Assembly (NCBI RefSeq): GCF_009914755.1
Contig: NC_060942.1
Direction: 5' to 3' (one strand)
Length of the DNA: 64,000 nt
DNA from: the human T2T-CHM13v2.0 reference genome, Homo sapiens
Position 1 is the stretch's first letter. Every line of letters begins with the position of its first letter. The notes below the pieces were generated by a model. The model did not search any database. It saw only the letters and a list, made by a program, of their open reading frames with translations, and was not told the DNA's origin. Made by a program: the position numbers and the translations under genes. This document shows positions 54,316 to 64,000 of the stretch, piece after piece.

Positions 54316-56369
54316 GAAGGCCACATCTAGAACCACTGCTGCATCACTGGAGCCCTTCCTCCAGATGAGGACTAATGTAACATTCAATAATCTGTTAATA
54401 TGTTGATGAAAGTTTACCTTATTTCAGATCATACTGCTGTTTGTATTTATATGATTATCATGAGAAATAAAATATTTTGCTTAAGTTCAAATTATTCTAC
54501 TGTTTTTAGCATTCAATAGAAGAACCAATGTAGCTTTTTTTTCTTTTTTCAGAAGAAGAAAACACACTAGGAAATAAAATTATTTATACATTAGGACAAT
54601 TTGAGCAGAATAAATGAATTTGTAAAGTTTGATATAGTATCATTCTTACTGGGACTAAAGGACTCCAAAGGTTTGCAGAATATCTGCCTGTACATGAGAG
54701 GCTAACAATGACCAGTAGCTACGTTTTAGTATTTACACACAAGGAAAGAACACATGTAGCCAAGTATACTTGAGAAAGTTGTTCAACATGTATCACTTTA
54801 TTTGTGAAAGTGTCTATATGGAGGCAAACCACAGCTGATAGTGGTCATTAACTATTACTTGCCATTCATCTATGGCTAGTGGACCAAAAAAGTCCTTGTA
54901 AAACTCTAAACCATAAAACACGGGCTCTGATTAAAATAAACAAGTAAATATAAACAAAAACAAGTACAGATGCTGAAAGAATGAAGAAAATGGAGTAGCA
55001 CTGTCAAGCCCTCAATAAAATAAAATTAAAAGATTTATGTGGAATTCTGTTTTCATGGATTTTATACACAGAAACATTAATAAATTTGGGCAAAAATTGG
55101 GCAAAAAATCCATAGACTAATGTAGTAAAAAGTCAGATAAAAGTCTTAGCATAAGATTGAAGGAAAGAGATAAAAGTATACTATTAAACTGAAACCAGAG
55201 GAGAGGGACCAACTTTGAGCTCCACTTCTAATTTGCTCTGTAAACTTAGTCAAGTCTCTCTTAATCTCTGCACTTCATTCTTCATCATTCAAGAAACAAT
55301 TCTTGGCCCTCAGGGTGGGCTGGGGAAGAGTAAAGAGTGATTCCACCCCTCAAAATCTACACTCATGGACTTGAACCCAAGGGTTCTCCAGCTTTAAAAT
55401 TCTGTAATGCTAGACATGAGTTTAGAAGGAAATACTTAAGCTTCTCATATCCATTGAAAATACAGTTCTAAATTATAACTGCAATAAACTCTTTTCAGAG
55501 TTGTGATTTATTTCATGGATCTTTGCAATGTGCAGCAAATGTATGCATTCTACCTTTTGTACTTTTAAGACATTTTTAAAGCACTATACAGTATGACTCC
55601 ACTTATTTCTTCTGCTTTTTAAAATATATTTTTCTCACACAGTATTTTTCTTAATTTTTAAATCAGGCATTTGTAATTAAGTACTTATAAGTGAAATATT
55701 ATTTCAACAAAATCTTACACCTTTAATAATACTAAAATGAAGGTTATATTATCTCTTAAGAAAATACTTATTTTCCTCTACCGCCTAGATACACAAAGGA
55801 AAACAATTTACCAACCCATAATTTGTGGAATGAGTATAAGTTATTATTTTACTTTGGTTCTTATTTTAATTCCCAAGCTAATAGCAATTCACAGGCAGTT
55901 AAGTAACTCAATTTGGTCAGTTTTCTAACTTCCTTGTTTTTCATTAGGATGATCCTTAAGGCAGGTGGCTTTCAATTAGTTTGGCTGACAGCTCTGGCTA
56001 ATGTTTTAATGATCCCTAGCAAAGGAAACAAAAAAGAGGGGAAAAAATAAGGTAGAGGGAGATTTACAATGATGAGGATAATCTAGATCAGGCAGGGAGA
56101 CAGAGTACATAAACCACTAATTAACGTTCATCATCGTCATTTAAACATCTGCAAGCTAAAAGGAGATACCCAAGTATCCCTATACTGCTGACAAAGTTCT
56201 TGAAGTATTTAAAGAGTGTCTCCTAATTCCATATTCTCAGACATGTAGAAACTAGTTCAATAGCCTGCCTGATAGTACTATTACAACATCTAATTCTTGA
56301 AGGCTTAACTATACCAAGATACTTTTAGTAAAACAAATGGAAGGGACAACAACTGTCTCTTGCCTTCTA

Positions 56370-57900
<1,531 letters not shown>

Positions 57901-59264
57901 AGTGGTTTTCCTGACCTGTCCTGAACTGTTGACCCTTCTCTTCACTACACTCTTACCCATTTTTGACTCTGAAATGAATAATACCATAATGCTGCTTAAT
58001 TCTATTTGAATTTTTAATTATATTTCATGTTTTCTTGAATTTCCATATTGCTTAGTTGGCTTATATAAGCATGATTTTTTTGGTCATAAAATATATTTGA
58101 GGAAATGATTTCAAGTTGTTTGATATATTCACTGGACTTTTGGTTTCCCTGTTTTATAAGCCTCTGATTTTAATTATTCTATAATAAATACTGGTGCAAT
58201 GGACTTTTTTTTCTGAGTGACTATATTCTGGGGTTTATTATTCACAATTGGTCTCACAACCTTCTGTTTTTAAAATCTAAGTGCACACATTAAGTAGTTC
58301 CTCACAAACATCTCTAGAAACCTTTCTGAAATAAATAATTAAGACATTCAATTTTCACATTCTACTATCAGACAAATCTCTAAATCTTTGAATACTAATA
58401 TTTTTAGCTATCTGAGTTTTGTTTCTGATTCCAACTTGGTAAATATAATAAGTGACCATAATGTGATGTTCCTTATTCCATCTACATTTTGCATTCCCTA
58501 TAATACATTTTGCAGAGCATTTTATAGGGACTCAATTTTCCTTATCCCAAAGATTTAACATTTATTATGCTTAAATCTTCTAAAGATTTTTTTGGCATAG
58601 ACTTTTCCTTTATATTCATTTGTTCTGCTGCAGGGACAAAAAGCTAGGTGAGCAGCAGAAAAAAAAAATAAAATAAAAAAGAAAGAAAGAAAAAAAAAGA
58701 AACCCGCAAAGCTTAGAAATCTTTTTCCCTTTCCCTCATGGGTATAAATGAGAACCTTTTCATGACCAATCTTCTAAGAATTCACTTTTCTTTTCACTCT
58801 CACTTCACTGAACAAGGGTGGGGAGCATGGATTATGTGGTAAAGTAGAAATAAAAATAGTGCTAAACTAAGATATGTGCTTCTTGAGAAGCTTGAGGCAC
58901 GGTTTATTTAAAAAAAGAAAGTTATCAAGTTGTCTCCCATCCCTGGGGATAATTTCTAAAGAGTCAAGAGCATTTGGATATACTGACGTGAGTTTAACAT
59001 GTTTGGAAACAATAGATGTTCCTTATAGGTGACCCAAAATTGATCTTTCTGGCCTTAGGTTCTAGTCACTGGTGATCATGAGTCATCCATAATTACAGCT
59101 ATTTCTTCTGCAGCCTATACTGTGTGGTAGGTGCTGGGCTGGCGTTCTGATTTCCAAACTCCATCTATGTGCACCAAGTGACAAGAGATACAGGCAGCCA
59201 TTCCTTGAGCAAAGTCAACTCTTCCAGTCAATTACAGAAAATTGTTAGCAACATCCTAAAGGAA

Positions 59265-59522
59265 AAGTTGCCGTCAAATTTAAGTGTGTATGAGAATCAC
59301 CAGAGGGCTTGTCAAAAATGCACCCATTTCCCTTTTCACTTTAATTTCAGTGAATAAGAGTGGGGAGCATGGAGTGTCTGAGCAAACAGGCAGGAAAAAT
59401 AGTGCTGAACTAAGATCTGATATTCAATGGGTTACTGTGGAGCCTGGAAACCCACATTTAACAAGCTCTTCAGACAATTTTGCTGCTAGATGATCTGTAG
59501 GTTACCCTTTGAGAAAAAGTCC
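59265..59522. mobile_element. MER5A (hAT-Charlie) containing copy 2 of the local repeat
   Basis: CAAATTTAAGTGTGTATGAGAATCACCAGAGGGCTTGTCAAAAATGCA...[insert]...ATTCA...CATTTAACAAGCTC...GCTGCT...CTTTGAGAA. Confidence 0.75.
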
Positions 59523-59619
59523 CCAAAACTACTTAAGTGGGCATAAGGGAATAGCATGGCTCATGCCTCGACAAGTCAGCTTGTTCTCAAAAGTTGGCAA
59601 TAGTAGATATTAGATTGAT

Positions 59620-60000
59620 GAATGGATGGGGGAAAAATGCATTAATGAACAAATGAATGGTTTTCTTCATTAACACTTAATGGAGGGAATACAAAATGAA
59701 AGACCCAATTCCTGCCCTAGAAGTGCTCAGGGTCTCTTGAATGAGGCATTTGCAACCACCACACCCCATGTTAAGTGTGTAAAGGAAGAGCCCAGGCAGG
59801 AGGCGAGGGGAGGGGAGGGTAGGGGAGAGCTGAGATTTATGGAGCAGTTAGACTGTGCAAAGCACTGAGGAGGCAGAAACTGTGAAGGCTCTGCCTTGTG
59901 GCACTGAGTCAGACCTCACAGGGGAGATGACATTTGAAGAATAGACAATAATTTACCTGGTAACTAAGGTAGGAATAGTCCAGGGAGAAGGAACAGTGCA
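59620..60000 (-). mobile_element. L2 fragments
   Basis: GAATACAAAATGAAAGACCCAATTCCTGCCCT... and CTCACAGGGGAGATGACATTTGAA...CAGGGAGAAGGAACAG. Confidence 0.5.
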
Positions 60001-61189
60001 TGACAGGTTAAGTGAATACCAAAGCCCAGCCAGGCAAAAGGACCCAACACATTTCTAACACCACTTGCCCCAAGGCTGGCCGCAGACAAAGAAGTGGGGA
60101 ACAGCATTTGCTAAAGTGGCCATCAAAACCGTAAATGTCTTCCCACATTCAATACTTCCTCTTTCTGTTTTAGTTTCAGTTCGCAGACATCATGTTATAT
60201 TTCTCATACTGATGTTAGCAATAAGCAAATGACTGTGATTTATGCCTCAGTATTTTGAAGCAAGTGTGCATGTTAAATCTCAGTCGGGGTTCTTGGTACT
60301 ATATCATTAAGGTGGACAATTAATTTGATTATCATTCAGACAGATTATTTTTCTGAACATATGTAACAAACCCTGTATGGTGACTACAAGTATTTCAATT
60401 AGTTTGCAGAAGCAAATACCACTCCCTTCTCCCCTTTGCTTTGTGGGTACCTTCCTCTTCTGCTGTAGGTTCGCTGCGTGGTGGTAACAGAGCTAGGGGG
60501 AAGGAGGTAAACAGATGAACTCAAGGACATCCATTATACCCATACTTAACAGATACCTTTGCTGTATGTGCTGTACACCTGAAAGAAACTTTAACATGAG
60601 GTGACAAATTATCTTTCTAGAAAATGTACAGCACTGTACCTTGTTTTCAATTATTAGTTGTTCAATTTGCTAGATTTTGTTTATAAATTTTATCATCTGG
60701 GCAAACTGGCAGTAAAAATAGTGCTGAACTAAGATCATCTAAGTCAATCAGCCTTTTGAAATACATGTATAAGGGAAAATTACAACTGTTGAGCTAAGAA
60801 CAGATGAATATTTTTTAAAAATGCATCTCTTTGCTCAGTCACTCACTGGATAGTAATAGGACCAGAAGAATCATAAGAGGTCACCTAAGTGCCAACCAGT
60901 GCCTGCCCATGACCAGTTAAGTATAGAAATTGAGAGTAAGCTTAGCAATATTTATAGCAATTTGACAGAAATACTTTGTCTGTTAAGTCTAAAAATAAAT
61001 TTAAAACTGTGGCTTATTTAAAATTTTTTTTCATTTTGTTTTTCTAGCAAGTCATTTTATTGTATTTTATAAAAGCATGAGAACATAATAGATTAGAAAA
61101 TAAAACCAGCCGTTCCATAAGAACCAATGATACAAGATGCCCTCATCTAAGATGATCTCTGGCATTCTACAGACCTATAATGATTATAA

Positions 61190-61390
61190 TTACAGTATTA
61201 GTTACAGTTGTGCAGTGCTTTATGTTTTTCAAGCATTCTCTTGGTCTTATAGCAGCTCTGTTAGTTATTAATCTCCATTTTACAGGAGAAGAAATTCATC
61301 TCCAGGGAGGGTGAGTGAATCACCCAGGGTCACACAGCAAGTCTGAGGCAGATGGAGGATCAGAGCCCATAAACCCACTTACTCCAAGAA
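61190..61390 (-). mobile_element. MIR
   Basis: CTCCATTTTACAGGAGAAGAAA...CCCAGGGTCACACAGCAAG. Confidence 0.7.
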
Positions 61391-61689
61391 ACGATTTTCC
61401 TATCTTCCCATAACCCAAAACCATCACTTAAAAAGCGAAATTACAGAAAATTTAAGAAAATCTAACAACATAGGAACACATGATTTTACATTTTTTTAGG
61501 GTAGGGTTCAATGTAGTGTTTAAAAATTCTTTTTTCTTTATATGTGAGTAACCCACATACCCCCTTTTCTGCATTATACATATGGAAACATAGAGACCTA
61601 AAAACAGAAATGCTGTTTAGCAGCAGAGTCAATGCTGTACAGATGCTAAGTCTCCTGGCCCAATGTCCTTTCCACTTGTCAGCACTTTC

Positions 61690-61900
61690 ATGAATTTATT
61701 CAACACATATTTATTGAAGATCCGTGATGCACCAAGGGCTCTCCTCAGAATTGAGGATACAAACAAACAAAAATCCCAGCCCTCCTGCAGCTTGCATTTT
61801 AGTGGGGACAGATAATAAATATAAAAAATAACTAAATTAGACATTATGTTAGACAGTAATAAGTACTACGGAGATGAAAGTATGAGGAAGAGGAGCATGA
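61690..61900 (-). mobile_element. L2 3' end
   Basis: ATTCAACACATATTTATTGA...AAAATCCCAGCCCTCCTGCAGCTTGCATTTTAGTGGGG...TAAGTACTA. Confidence 0.75.
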
Positions 61901-61931
61901 GAGCAAGAAAGCAACAATTCTAAGTAATCAC

Positions 61932-62081
61932 AGTAGACTTAGTATGACTAAGTACTATGTAGTATGTACTTAGTACTATGACTACATAGACTTACTACTA
62001 TGACTAAGTACTACATAGTAGACTTAGTATGACTAACTACTATGACATAGTAGACTTAGTATGACATAGTAGACTTAGTAT
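61932..62081. repeat. Complex palindrome-rich minisatellite (unit CATAGTAGACTTAGTATGA)
   Basis: 19-bp unit at 62014, 62046 and 62065 (partial). AGTAGACTTAGTATGACTAA is identical at 61932 and 62017. Confidence 0.9.
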
Positions 62082-63427
62082 ACAAAATTACCCATATGCT
62101 TGAATATACATATTTATATTACATATATACATGTTTAATTTACTTATCCAAAATTTCTCAAAAATGTCATCACTTTTGGCCAATGATGAAATGCATTAGG
62201 AGCAAAATCATAGTTAACTAACCTCCACAGAAGATAAAGCCTGTGAGTCAAGAGACTGAATATTTAAATGTCCTGGAGAAGTTGTCTTCTTGCCATCATC
62301 GTGACTTAAGGGGCAGAAATTAAGGAGAGCAGATGCACCTTTTATGATTAATTAATGAGTGTTTATCTTGGGCCCTTAATATGCCCAGATCTGTGCTTGA
62401 TTTGTGAGGAAAAGAAAAAGAAGATATTTGATCTTCTCTTTGGAAAGTTTACCGTCTAGCTTGGATGATAAAAAATAACATACTTAAAGCATCTCAGGAG
62501 CCACTTGGGATTCAGGTAAGCAGTATTGGCAGCTACACAGCATGGTATATTGTGCAGGTTGTTTACAGAAGCCCTCGGTGCAGATCTCTTTATTGAGCTG
62601 TGTACTTTTTATGGTACCCAAGAATTTTCCTGCTTAGGAATTCTACTCTCCATCAAGTAATAATGTAACATGGCATAATATCATCCTTTCTATTATAGCT
62701 AACTTATAGTGGGGGAAAAAGTATCTCTCATGGATAAGAACTAAGACTAAACATAGATGAATAAGAGACGTCAAGAAAATTAAAATATAGCATTCCTTTA
62801 ATGTATTTGGTATTATTTCAATTAACAAATAAAAAGGTGTGTTTTTAGTAAATTTGAAGCATTTTTTGTTCTTCTGGCTGAGAGAGTGTCAACCTTGAAT
62901 ATTCGTGTTGTTTAAAGTGATGCTTGTGTTCTGGACTTGTGCTACATGCCAAAAGAGAATAGTGACTTACTTATTGCAGATTTATGAAGAAGGTCTATAA
63001 AATTTTATTTCGTCTTACTTAAAACAAGAGTCAGGGAATTCATCCCACCGGATGGTAGTAACAGCCTTTTATTACATCAAAGTTGGTGGTAGCTTACAGA
63101 GGAAAAATTGGCCTTCCATGGTGTGTAACTTTATGACCTAAATGAAATGAGATAGATGATCCTCCCCCGGGTGAATTTTTATATTGTTTTACAAAAGAAT
63201 AGAGAGAATGAAAAGAAGAAAGAAAGGGAAGCACTAGTCAAGCTCATCTGACTGCACAGGTGCATCTGTGCTGCTGAGTGAGGTGGTACCAGATACACTT
63301 GGAACTGCACCTTGAGTCCAGCTCACAAAATGGCCATCTCTATCTTGACGTTAAATTTATTATAACTCCCTGGATTATATGTGTAAAAAGTCAACTGCTG
63401 GTGGGGGGGAACATGATGAAGCTATGG

Positions 63428-64000
<573 letters not shown>

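Larger units (their letters stand above)
58790..60736 (+). repeat. Local dispersed repeat in three copies (58790-58873, 59332-59417, 60696-60736)
   Basis: Shared core AAAAATAGTGCT(A/G)AACTAAGAT. Copies 2 and 3 match at 38/41 bp. Copies 1 and 2 share CTTTTCACT...TGAA(C/T)AAG(G/A)GTGGGGAGCATGGA. Confidence 0.92.

Noticed and set aside
58790-62081. CRISPR-like repeat-spacer interpretation of the local repeats
   Set aside because: Eukaryotic DNA, unequal repeat lengths, spacings of 0.5-1.3 kb or no unique spacers, and no cas genes.

Overview
This is primate, most likely human, non-coding genomic DNA that is AT-rich and repeat-dense. I found no intact protein-coding exon. The window is centred on a CpG-island promoter (~32.6-33.8 kb) with a short, probably non-coding + strand first exon ending at a CAG|GTAACG donor at 33078/33079, so the right half is probably a long first intron. 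Upstream lie a complete THE1A MaLR element (1524-3792, CAGGG TSD) and a full-length but dead minus-strand L1PA3/4 (9843-15985) that keeps the 129-bp ZNF93-binding segment. The rest is Alu, MIR, L2, CR1/L3, MLT/MST LTRs, Tigger2a, MER3/5A/20/94 and microsatellites. All repeat family names are from recalled consensus sequences, not from a search. I see no convincing new multi-gene system. The least explained features are: several local templated-copy scars (a 41-86 bp unit in three copies at 58.8-60.7 kb, a hairpin-rich insert in an MLT2 LTR at 30.15-30.44 kb, a palindromic patchwork at 61.93-62.08 kb); a decayed type-II tRNA-like relic with a T5 terminator at 34.3 kb; and retroelement promoters (L1 antisense promoter, THE1A LTR with a DUX4 site) pointing toward the CpG-island gene.
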